Shown here: positions 28,701-40,700 of the stretch, in pieces | How the letters are laid out: each line of letters starts with the position of its first letter | Position numbering within the stretch: position 1 is the first letter of the stretch | Assembly: GCF_032062105.1 (NCBI RefSeq) | Contig: NW_026930753.1 | Coordinates: 124,001-188,000 of the forward strand | DNA length: 64,000 bases | Direction: 5' to 3' | Source of the DNA: Saccostrea cucullata | Lineage: Eukaryota | Notes under the pieces: generated by a model | Told to the model about the DNA's origin: nothing | What the model saw: the letters and a program-made list of their open reading frames with translations, nothing else | Databases searched by the model: none | Made by a program: the position numbers and the translations under genes

Positions 28701-31700
28701 ACAAAACATGCTGAACTTATTCTATTAAAATAAATATTTTCAGACTTTACAAATATAAAAATAACCCTACCAAAACATACTTTACTATTACGAGCAAAGC
28801 TATATTAAAAAAAATGTAAACTTACAGTTGGTACACCTAGCTAGAAATAATTCAGCTTCAACAATGTTACTGTTCAACACACAGCCTTCATAACGCGAAA
28901 CATTTCGTGCAAAATCATAAACTATGAAGTCACGTGAACACAGGAAGTGATGTTGAAATTATCAAAATATTAAACAATACATTTAAATAAAAACTAATGT
29001 GTATTTTCCATGATTATATGAAAAATGACAATGACAAAAATTATTTTAATTGAAAGTCTTAAATACTTTAGCTGAACAGAATTTCTGTTACTAGAAATAG
29101 ATGTGGAAATTACCCTCAATGACAAACAGTGTATGAAAACAAAGAGAGATAACTCTATTGTGAAAATCACCACATCACATAAATATGAAACTTTAACGAA
29201 AAAAATAATGCATATTAATGTCAAACCTTATAAATAACTACACTGTTTATTAGAGTGTGACCAATTCATAGAAAAAGAAAAAAATTGTGTCTATTGCATT
29301 TTTTAAGATTTTTAAAAAAAAAATTCTTTGTGTTTGTGTTCTTTCCATTTATACTAATTAAAAACTCGGAAAAAAGTTACACCGTATGCGGCGTTTGACG
29401 CTAGAAGGGCGTGCAAAAGCAGACAGGATGGTGTCTGCAGGGGATTCCTTTAGAAAAATCTTTAAAAAATAAAAACAATAAAAAGCTTATGAATTCCACT
29501 CATGAAAAATTGTTCCAAATAGATTAATAAACATAAAAATTAGGGATGTCAAATCGGTCAATATTTGATAAACGGTTACTGTGGTGTCATTTGTTTTGAT
29601 TTTATCTGATTTTTACGAGTATCATAGGTACGAGTTAATGTGAAGGGGTTTTTTGGAACTCTTTTGTCTTTCATGCACGCTTTTCGTTTGGCGCCGACCT
29701 GTATGTTTATACCTTCTCTTCTTTTGGTTCCCCACGGTGTAAGTATCTACATCTTTTTATATAACTATGTTTTATATGATACTGTTGTATATGCAGTTCA
29801 ATTCAATCCATTATTACCAAATATTTACATGTCATTTACTTTGTGATGAGTCGTGCTGAATTTATGCATACAACATGTGACTTGTCAACGTGTGAACTTG
29901 ATCCTGATTAACTCATTATGGCAATTAATTGTACTATCGCTGAAGTAATTACACTTGAATGTTATATAAATTAATATCTTAGATTTACTTGATTACGAAT
30001 TCTACAATCTGGTTTAACGTGTTCCCTCTATGTTTTCTCATAAACTTTGTGGGATGAAATCTGTTAAATATTTTGGATAGTTTCTATTATTCTTTGAGAT
30101 AGTATTTTTTTGTGTTTGGATATTTCTTTGATTGTGAATTTATGATTGTTTATTTTTTGTAGTGTTTTACCGCATTTCATCTGAAATAAAAGGGTTAGCT
30201 ATCTGCAAAAAGAACTCGTCCTTTTCTATGGCAGAAGAGTAAAACAACCTAAATGGAGCCATCCAACGAAGCAGTCAAGGTCAAGAGGGAACCTAGTTCA
30301 CACGGTTCGCATCACAGTTCGAATCATAGTTCACATCGCAGTAGATCATCGTCTTCAAGTACTTCAAAACGCGCCAAGGCTGAAGCAGCACGGGCTCTGC
30401 TCAAGTTAGCAGAAGAGGAGGCAGCCCTCCGAAAGAGGTTATCCCAGCTTGAAGAACAAGATGAAATAGACCAGGCTACTGTAAAAGCCTCCGCGGCAAG
30501 AAGAAGAGCAGATTATCGAGCTGATATGGACCTACTCGCCGCCAAGAAAACAGCAGCAGCACTTGACGCAGAAGCTAAAGTCTTGGAGAAAGACTCATCC
30601 CTTACCGACGTAAGTGAATATGATATTCCAAGCGTAAAGGAGGATCCACAAACATGGACCACTGAATACGTTTCCAATTTGTGCAGGCACTTACAAACAA
30701 ATGGTGACAAGTCTTACACTGATACAGATATACCACCGAATACGAACCTACCCCATCGGATAGAATCACCAGCCTCATCGTATGTAGGGTTACCACGCAC
30801 TGTGCACACATTCCAAAGTCCTAACCATGTGCAGAATGCACAACTAGTGCCTGACATTTCTAAATTTCTGTTGAGGAAAGAACTTTTGATATCAAGACTT
30901 TATCGGTTTAGTGATAAACCAGAATCTTATTTTGTCTGGAAGTCGAGTTTTCAGAATGTTCTAGCAGACTTACAAGTTACAGACTTTGAACACCTGGGTC
31001 TTCTTGTCAAGTGGCTCGGACCTGAATCAAGCTCCTATGCATTAAGCATCAGAGCCGCTAATGCTGACAACCCAGCGAGGGCCTTACGCCTTCTGTGGGA
31101 GAGACTAGATGAAAGGTACGGTTCCCCCGAAAGAATCGAGAGTGTTCTAAAAGACAAACTTTCCAAGTTTTCGAAGATCAGCCTTAAAGAGAGCCTCAAA
31201 CTTTACGAGCTATCTGACCTTCTTACAGAAATTTCGAGTCTAAAGGAGCAACCGATGTATCAACCACTACTGGCTTATTTCGATTCTTCTGTTGGAGTCA
31301 ACCCCATTATCGAGAAACTTCCCCACCACATGAAGGAAAAGTGGGTCACGAGAGCATCTAAGTACAAGGAAACAAACGGACAGTGTTTTCCACCATTCAA
31401 GTTCTTCGTTAGTTTCGTGAAGGAGATGAGTCGTGTGAAAAACGGCCGAGTTTCTTATTCGGCGAAAATGTACCTCAATTAATAAAGCCTACTCGTCCAC
31501 CGGCCTTCCTCCTAAAGACTCGATTTCCTGTTACAACAACAAAAACTGACATTTTACCTGATTCGAAGGAGAAGATTACAACGTGTCAAATCCATGGAAA
31601 GAATCATCGACTTAGTGAATGCCGTGCATTCCAAAACAAATCCTTAGAGGCTAGAAAGAACTTCCTGAAAGAAAAAGGATTATGTTTTAAGTGTTGTGAC

Positions 31701-34700
31701 TTTGCGCACAAAAGCAGACATTGCAAGGAAAAAGTAAAATGCACCATTTGTGTCAGTGACAAACACGCCACGGTTATGCATGGTGACATTCCCCCTAAGG
31801 CTCATGGCGGGGAGAGCACAGTACGGTCAGGAACAAACACCAACACACATAGAACTTCACTTGAAACGCTGACAGTAGAGTCCTCTTGCACCGAGATCTT
31901 TGGGAAAATCACACTTGGAAAGTCGTGTGCCAAAATATTACCTGTGTTTGTACATCCCAGAGAACATCCTGAAAACCGCATTAAAATGTATGCCATACTC
32001 GATGATCAGAGTAACCGATCACTTGCCAGGAGTTCATTTTTTGACTTGTATGAAATCCATTCACAATCGGAAGAGTACATAATGAACTCTTGCAATGGAA
32101 GAACTTTGACATCTGGAAGACCTGCATCTGGATTTGCACTAGAATCATGTGATCATCAAGTGCACATAGACTTACCTGCTCTCGTTGAATGTGACAACAT
32201 TCCTGACAATAGACACGAAATTCCGTCACGGGAAGTCACTAGGTATCATCGTCACCTGTGTGACATTGACCTTGACAGTTTGGACCATAATTGTCAAATC
32301 CTGTTGCTTCTTGGAAGAGACGTACCTTATGTGCACCGCATTCTTGACCAGAGGACTGGTCACCCTGATTCTCCTATTGGACTTATATCTCCACTAGGGT
32401 GGACTATCGTCGGTGATGTGTGTCTAGGATCTCAACATGGCCCAGTCAATGTGTACAAAACATACGTGTTGTCCAATGGACGACCTTCCCTTCTACATCC
32501 TTGCGAGAACAAGGTAAAAATCAAGGAGCTGCCTACGCCAAGTATACCCTGTAGACAATTTTTAGACTACTCAGGTCACAATGTTTTCGCAGTAACACCT
32601 CATGACAATAAGCAAGGATTATCCACGGAGGATAGGACCTTTCTACAGGAGATTGAAAAGGAGTTCAAGAAAAATAGTGAAGGGAATTGGGAAGCCCCAC
32701 TTCCATTTAAGGATCAAAGGCCATTGTTACCAAACAATCGAGTCATGGCCTTGGAGAGGGCCAGGAGATTTGACACTAGTTTGAGAAGAGATCTCGTCAA
32801 ACAGAAACATTTTTTCGAGTTTATGCAGAAACTATTTGATAGCAAGCATGTTGAGATTGCACCACCAGTCAAACAGAATGAAGAAGTGTGGTATTTACCC
32901 GTTTTTGGCGTATACAATCCCCACAAGCCCGACCAGATCCGTGGAGTGTTTGACTCCTCAGCTACATTTCACAGACTTTCCTTGAACAATGTCTTGATGT
33001 CTGGTCCAGATCTTAACAACAGTTTGCTTGGAGTGCTTATCAGATTCCGCCAGGAACCAATAGCCATAACAGCCGACATCCAACAAATGTTCCACTGTTT
33101 TTATGTAAGACCAGATCACAGGAACTATCTTAGATTTTTCTGGCACCATGAAAATGACGTTAACCAAGAGCTTAAGGAGTATAGAATGAGAGTCCATGTA
33201 TTTGGAAACAAACCCTCACCCTCGGTAGCTATATATGGTCTACACAGAACAGCTTTAGATGCTAGAGACTCATTTAGACCAGATGTCACCGACTTTGTTC
33301 TAAACCACTTCTACGTAGATGACGGATTAATCTCCCTACCTTCTGTAGACCAGGCTGTCGATTTAATGAAACGAACACAGCTTTCCCTAGCTACTCACGG
33401 TAATTTACGTTTGCATAAGATTGCCTCAAACAGCAAAGATGTTGTCCGAGAATTCTGTCCAGATGACCTTTCCAAGGAACTAAAGAGCTTGGAACTCACT
33501 GATGATAACTTACCAGTACAAAGGAGCCTAGGACTGTACTGGAACATGAACTCTGACACGTTTACTTTCCAGATTTCTTGCGAGGAGAAACCCTTAACTC
33601 GACGCGGGGTACTCTCCGTCATAAATAGCATTTATGATCCCTTAGGATTTGCATCACCTGTGATAATCGAAGGGAAACTACTGCTACGTCAGTTATCTAG
33701 TGGAGGCACTGAATGGGATGTGCCACTCGCCGACCTGGAAGGACAGAAATGGCAGTTGTGGAAGGAGTCTTTGTCCGGACTTCAAGATGTATCTATTCCC
33801 CGTCAGTATGTTCCATGTTCTCTGCAAGGAAATGTACGAAATGAACTCCATATATTCTGTGACGCGTCTGAGAAAGCGATTGCAGCAGTTGCATATTTGC
33901 AAGTGATTTGTGAGGAAGAAAGACACTATGTGGGTTTCGTTATAGGAAAGACCAAAGTTGCGCCTACTCATGGACATACGATACCAAGACTAGAATTGTG
34001 GTCCGCCTTACTTGCGGTCGAGATCTATCAACTAGCCAAAGAAAACCTGAACATTGAGTTAAAGAGTGTGAAATTTTAATCAGATAATAGAGTAGTTTTA
34101 GGATATATCACTTATCAGACAAGAAGGTTTCTTACTTATGTCTCCAACCGAGTTGAACAAATTCTGAGACACTCGAGGAATTACTCGAGGAATTACATTC
34201 CTACGGAACTCAACCCCGCTGACATTGGAACACGGGGCTTAACGGCCGACAAGCTTCAGAGCAGTCTTTGGATTCGAGGACCTACTGAATTCCTTAAGAG
34301 ACAGTCTATTGAGCCAGATAATGCTTCTAACCCGAATACTTACCAGCCTGAGGTAAATGCCTACTTGTCTGATGTCACGTCAGCGCTTAATTCTGAGTCA
34401 GAGCCGAGAAACATTGCATGTAGATTTCAGCGATTTTCTGTGTGGTCTAGACTTGTACATGCATTTGGAAGGCTGAAGACAAGAGCACGACAACAGAAAA
34501 TGAAGAGAACTGAGGATTCATTGGTCACGTTCAAGGAATCAGAAAACTTCATCATCAGTCTCGTACAGCATGGGGTTTATGGAGAGGAGATACACTGTAT
34601 CAGAACAAACAAACCCCTACCGACGGGCAGTCCACTTCAAGCATTAGGACCAATTTTAGATGAAGAAGGCATCCTATGTGTAGTAGGTAGACTCAACAAA

Positions 34701-37700
34701 CTGAGGTTAGATGACTATGAAAAGAATCCAGCCATAATTCCAGGGTCTCATCACATTGCTACGTTACTAGTGCGCCATCACCATCAACTACTCAAGCACC
34801 AAGGACGTCACCTTACAGAGGGAGCAGTCAGATCTGCCGGACTCTGGATCAGAGGAGGAAAAAGGTTTGTGTCTTCCGTTATTCACCACTGCATCAGCTG
34901 CAAGAAACTGAGAGGAAAGCATGGAATACAAAAGATGGCCGACCTTCCAGCTGACAGGTTGGAACAAGTACCTCCATTTACAAATGTAGGAGTTGACATT
35001 TTTGGTCGTTGGCAGATCATCACCAGAAAGACACGAGGAGGAAGCGCATCATCAAAGCGATGGGGAGTCTTATTTGCATGCTTGGTGACAAGAGCAGTTC
35101 ACATTGACATAGTAGAATCCCTAAGTTCATCTGCATTCATCAATGCCTTGCGTAGATTTACCAGTATTAGGGGCAAAGTGAAGATATTCCGGTCAGATAG
35201 GGGCACCGATTTTATTGGAGCAATGGATGACCTGAGAATAGACACCATTTATGTGTAAGATGATAACCTAAAGACGTTTCTCTATGATTCAGGAACAAAG
35301 TGGATTTTCAACCCCCCACACTCATCACACTTCGGAGGGGCTTGGGAAAGAATGATTGGTCTCGTGCGCAACATTCTAAACACCATGCTTATGGAACCAA
35401 GCAACCAAAATATAACACATGACATTCTGTGCACCTTGATGGCTGAAGTAATAGCGATAATAAATTCCAGACCGTTGACACCAGTGTCTTCAGACCCCAA
35501 TACTCCATTTATTTTGACACCAAACATTTTGTTGACACAGAAACATTCTTCTGATTCTGGTTCCTTGGAGTTCGGTGACATCGGCATAAAGGACATATTA
35601 AAGTCTGAGTGGAAACGAGTGTAGGGCCTTGCGAACCAGTTCTTGAAGAGATGGAAGTCAGACTATCTTCACCTACTTCAACCACGCAGAAAGTGGAAGA
35701 ACGAAGAGCCAAATATCAAGGAAGGTGATATCGTGCTACTTAAAGAAGACAGTCCCGGGAATCACTGGCCAATGGCAGTTGTCCAGAAAACGTTCCAGAG
35801 TGACGATTCCTTAGTCAGAAAGATTCAAATCAAATTGCTTAGAGATGACAAATCAGTTATTCTTATCAGACCAATTTGTCAGGTTATTCCATTATTAACA
35901 GTGTGAAATTAATTTCAAGTATGTAACAGTACATAATGTACATTTTTTTTTATGTTTGAATGTATGGTTCTCGGCAGTTACACTTTTTCATTCATGTAGA
36001 CCATTTGTAGACGTCATTATTCAGTAGTTGTGATATCTTATAGATATCAGGCGGGGAGTGTGGTGTCATTTGTTTTGATTTTATCTGTTTTTTACGCGTA
36101 TCATAGGTACGAGTTAATGTGAAGGGGTTTTGTGGAACTCTTTTGTCGTTCATGCACGCTTTTCATTTGGCACCGACCTGTATGTTTATACCCTTCTCTT
36201 CTTTTGGTTCCCCACGGTGTAAGTATCTACATCTTTTTATATAACTATGTTTTATATGATACTGTTGTATATGCAGTTCAATTCAATCCATTATTATTAA
36301 ATATTTACATGTCATTTACTTTGTGATGAGTCGTGCTGAATTTATGCATACAACATGTGACTTGTCAACGTGTGAACTTGATCCTGATTAACTCATTATG
36401 GCAATTAATTGTACTATCGCTAAAGTAATTACACTTGAATGTTATATAAATTAATGTCTTAGATTTACTTGATTACGAATTCTATGGTTTAACGTTAGTG
36501 TCATAACTGTCTTTAGTTCGGAGGAGTGTGTTCCCTCTATGTTTTCTCATAAACTTTGTGGGATGAAATCTGTTAAATATTTTGGATAATTTCCATTATT
36601 CTTTGAGATAGTATGTTTTTGTGATTGGATATTTCTTTGATTGTGAATTTATGATTGTTTATTTTTTTTTGTAGTGTTTTACCGCATTTCATCTGAAATA
36701 AAAGGGTTAGCTATCTGCAAAAAGAACTCGTCCTTTTCTATGGCAGAATAGTTACTCGGACGTTTTTCCGATCGAGTACCCGGGTACTCGGTAAAATTTC
36801 AAATACATGTACAGGTCTGTTAATTTTCTTAAACTCAGTTAAGCTGCGTTAAACCCTAATGTTATTTTTTGTTACATTTTTAGTGCATGTTTAAAACACA
36901 TCGAGTGCAACCAAAATGATTTACTGTACCTAATTTATTTATTTTAAAAAATACACACACACAAAAGACATCAATTTGATACAGCAATAATTACAAATGA
37001 TTTACATTTTTTTGTTTGCGAAGACGGTTTAATCAATCTGCTATACATCTTTGCAGTGATGACCACGCTAGCGAACCAGAGGGAACAGATGTTGTTGGGA
37101 TCGCTTGTCGTATATTATTGTTGCGATGCAGATGCGATGCGATAATGTGCATTTTACAGGTGTAGGCGATGACACTCTAATTATCGTGTGCACATTTCAG
37201 TTAATTTTTGATAGTTTTTTTGATATATATATATGTACTTTGAAATAAGAAAAAAGCCGAGTAACCGAGTACCAGTTAAGTATTCGATACTCGGACGTTC
37301 GATCGAGTACCCGGTTAACCGGGTACTCATTGACATCCCTAATAAAAATGTTGATTATAGATAACCAAGGCATTAAGTTAGCAGCATAAAATCAGTTGAA
37401 AATTGTTCCACAAAACTGGGTCAACCCGAAGTGGCGTGGATTTGGTATGGACACTAAGGTATCAGATGATTTCTAGGAGATATGAGAGTCAATGTTAACA
37501 AACAGCCATATCATATACACTAGAACCGATCCGACAAATGTTCAATTCACAAATAAAAATTAACAAGTGGTGCGTTAGCAATTTTGTCTAGTGTACATGT
37601 TATATTTCAACCTGCTCAAACCTTTTGTTCCAAATACTTGAATTTATCTATTTTTCAGAATAAATGTGCTCAATATTGGCCAGCTATCTACGATAAAATT

Positions 37701-40700
37701 CAAACAGGGTCTATCACCATAAGAAACCTGGAAGAGAGAACATACGCAAATTATACAATACGGCAATTTAAAGCACAATACGATTTGGTAAGAAAATGAT
37801 AAATGACATATTCGAACATCTATATAAAATGAATAGCATTAATCTATATGAAACATTGCCTTCCACAAAAAAAAAAAATCTCAGGCAGAAAAAATTACCA
37901 GCTCTAGATAGAATCAAACATAATTGGACCAACACTCACTGTCATTTTAACACTCACGCAATTCTGTTTTAATAAGATTAGTGCCATTTTTTCTGATGTC
38001 TCTTGTGACTGGGAAAGACGCAACATTATATAAACAGAAATACAAACATACTTACCTTTCTATTTCTTCTACAGACGAGCAAAAGCAAGGTTTTCTAAAG
38101 TACCTTTGGAGGGTGTTCTCTATTTATTGCAATGAGTCATCATTGAAATGCTGCTTAATTAGCATGTTACCTCAAAAGTCTTATTTTGATTACCTTTCAT
38201 CTTTTTTTTTCTAAATTTGTAAAGTAGTTCCCACAAATCACTTGAAAAAAGAATCATATCACATCAGAAAAAATACAGCCGAATGAAAAATTAATGTTTA
38301 TACACACACCTTTTATATAAACCTGATTCACCGTAGAATTTCGAGTACGCATGTGCATGGCAATAATCATTAATTTACATACATATAATTGTAAAATTTA
38401 ACAAAAATCCTGAACATAATATGTAATTTTGATAAAATTTGTTCCTTTTGTATATAAAAAAAAACAAACCATGGAAAATATGCAACATTTTTAACCGTTT
38501 TTTAAAATGAATATGGAGGCCTATAAAGACAAATATCTTTTGAATGTATTTGTGTTGATAAAACTCCTATAGTTATAAATTTTCTAGCAAATATAAACAA
38601 GAATTATTTTCTTTTAAAACTTCAATTTGAAGAGGAAAGGGACTAACATCCAACGAAAAAATTTGGGTTTCAATGGAGAACGTACGACTTACTAATATTA
38701 TTTTTTTTTTAAATAGGTATTCAATGATGATCCGACAAAAAATTTTATTTACTATAAACACATTTATTCTGTTACAATTTGTAAAATTTCAAGGTAACTG
38801 TTATATTTTCTGCTAGCTGCAGATCTGTAGCTCTAAGAAAAAATAATTTGACAGACCGGAGAGCTACAGTGCCACCCATTGAAAAAACTGTATATTTATT
38901 GCGCACAAAAAAGTGCGCTGTTTATAGACTTATTTCTCCATGTTTTTAAAACTAAAACCTCAAAATATTACTATCCGTGTATTCTGAACATAATCTTTCA
39001 CTGTTTCCACAGCAATATATACCTTATAGATGTTGTTTATAGCCCTCCTGGCCCTGAAATCGAGATCATCGAAAATTTCATCTGTTTATACTATACTATT
39101 TGGTTTGTAAGATAATTCGGCCGAACGCGCTTCGTGCAGATGTCAAGTACGAAAGTTTTTGATGGAAGAGTACGGAATGTTTTGAAATCTAAAGTTTTTG
39201 CAACTGAGGTAAGAATTTAGAAGAATTAATCTATACACACGCGCAACTTTTTGTGCGCAATAAATATACAGTTTTTCAGGGTGGCACTGTAGCTCTCCGG
39301 TCTATCAATGTATTTTCCGGAGAGCTACTGTTCTGCATCTAATTTTCTGCAATTAAACAATAATTTCGGTCGGTAATCCCTAGTTATTGAAAACACAATT
39401 GAGACAGGCAACGTTTATTGGCGTTGCAGCGCAGAAAAATAGACGCCTTAAGCATTTTAAATCTTTACAACTCACTAAATTATACTGCAACATACACTTA
39501 ATGTAACGTCATAAATGTTACCATTTCCCCGCAAGTACCTTACAGCGTGGTACGAGTTTCTCTAAAGTTAAGCGTAAATAAAAAATATATGACGTAATAT
39601 TTAAATAAGATAATAACTTGTCTTATTTTATGAGATTTAAGCAAGTTTAAAAAAAGAAGGAATTTGGCAACTAATTGAAGATAAAATGAACTTTTTAAAG
39701 TGCATTAAAATGCACGATTGCGGGTAAACGGTATATGCGTGATTTTGCGTTAGAAGTAGGAAATTGTATATGCGTTAAAATGCGTGACTGCGGGGAAGGG
39801 GGTTAAAGGATAACGCCACACACAGTCGTAATTTTGTACAAAATTGGGTGCCTAGTTCCTTACCTTCTAACCTTTCTACAAAGAATCAAAGAACATCCCG
39901 AGTGCGTGAATAGAAAATATTTCCGATAGAAAAAAAATGACGTCTTTATTCACAATGCAACGTAAATTCTTTGTTATTTTAAACATATATCCATTTAAAT
40001 GGACCATATTTAACAAATCTGGTGGATGAAGATAATTATTTTAAATTGTTTGGTCTTTTTAAAATTTAAAAATGATTCAAGTATCATTTCAATGGCTTGG
40101 ATTAAAGTTTAAACACATTAAATACTTTCTAATATCATATATCATTCAAAATATCAAAAAGGGAATTATTAAACAAATAATTTAACAGCATGAGTAGCAC
40201 TAAAATAAAGATTCTTTAGTTGTTTTTTGCAATACCATATGTCTTGTATATGTACAAGAAAAACTTATTCCCGATAATTTAATTTTATTTTTGTTTAATG
40301 TTTTGCTGTCATCGCAAAAGGGCGAATATGACCAAAAAACATAAATAACAGTTAATTTTTGAGCAATAATATGTATCGGCAAACTCAAACTGAACAAAAT
40401 AGTTTTAAAGCATGAAAGGGCGAAAATAACCCTCTATATAGAATAATTCGGGTTCTTATTTATTTCTCTCAGGCCAATAGTCAATTATAGTGAAAAACTT
40501 TATTGCTCTCTTATATCCGTATCATGCATGTACCGTAATATATGTAATTATGAAATCCCTATAACCCTAAGCCGCCTCATCCTCATCCAATCAAGTTTGA
40601 TTACAAAGATACAGCACGTGAAAAGAAATAGACATATTATCTTTTCTGGATACATAGCATAAAAATCATGTATCAAAATGCTTAAAAGTTTATAAATACA

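Larger units (their letters stand above)
29580..36750 (+). mobile_element. Full-length, disabled BEL/Pao LTR retrotransposon
   Basis: Paired LTRs, 5-bp TSD GTTAC (29575-29579 and 36751-36755), PPT AGGCGGGGAG (36049-36058), domain order Gag-PR-RT-RH-INT. Confidence 0.96.
29541..37341. mobile_element. hAT-type MITE (about 625 bp) interrupted by the BEL element
   Basis: TIR TAGGGATGTCAA/TTGACATCCCTA, 8-bp TSD ATAAAAAT, subterminal CGAGTAC repeats. Confidence 0.9.

Noticed and set aside
27800-29540. Older repeat hosting the hAT MITE, apparently continuing at 37350-37580
   Set aside because: Looks repeat-derived, but the termini and TSD could not be defined.
29640-29846. ORF repeated at 36132-36326
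   Set aside because: The similarity only reflects the two LTRs; no coding signature.
30254-30270. TGGAGCC... as a tRNA PBS
   Set aside because: It lies 15 nt from the LTR end and overlaps the gag start codon, whereas a PBS normally abuts the LTR. Not checked against a tRNA set.
31440-31482. Programmed gag-pol frameshift
   Set aside because: BEL elements normally have one ORF. The shift falls inside Gag before the Zn knuckles and looks like a 1-bp deletion in an NDPSF-like motif.
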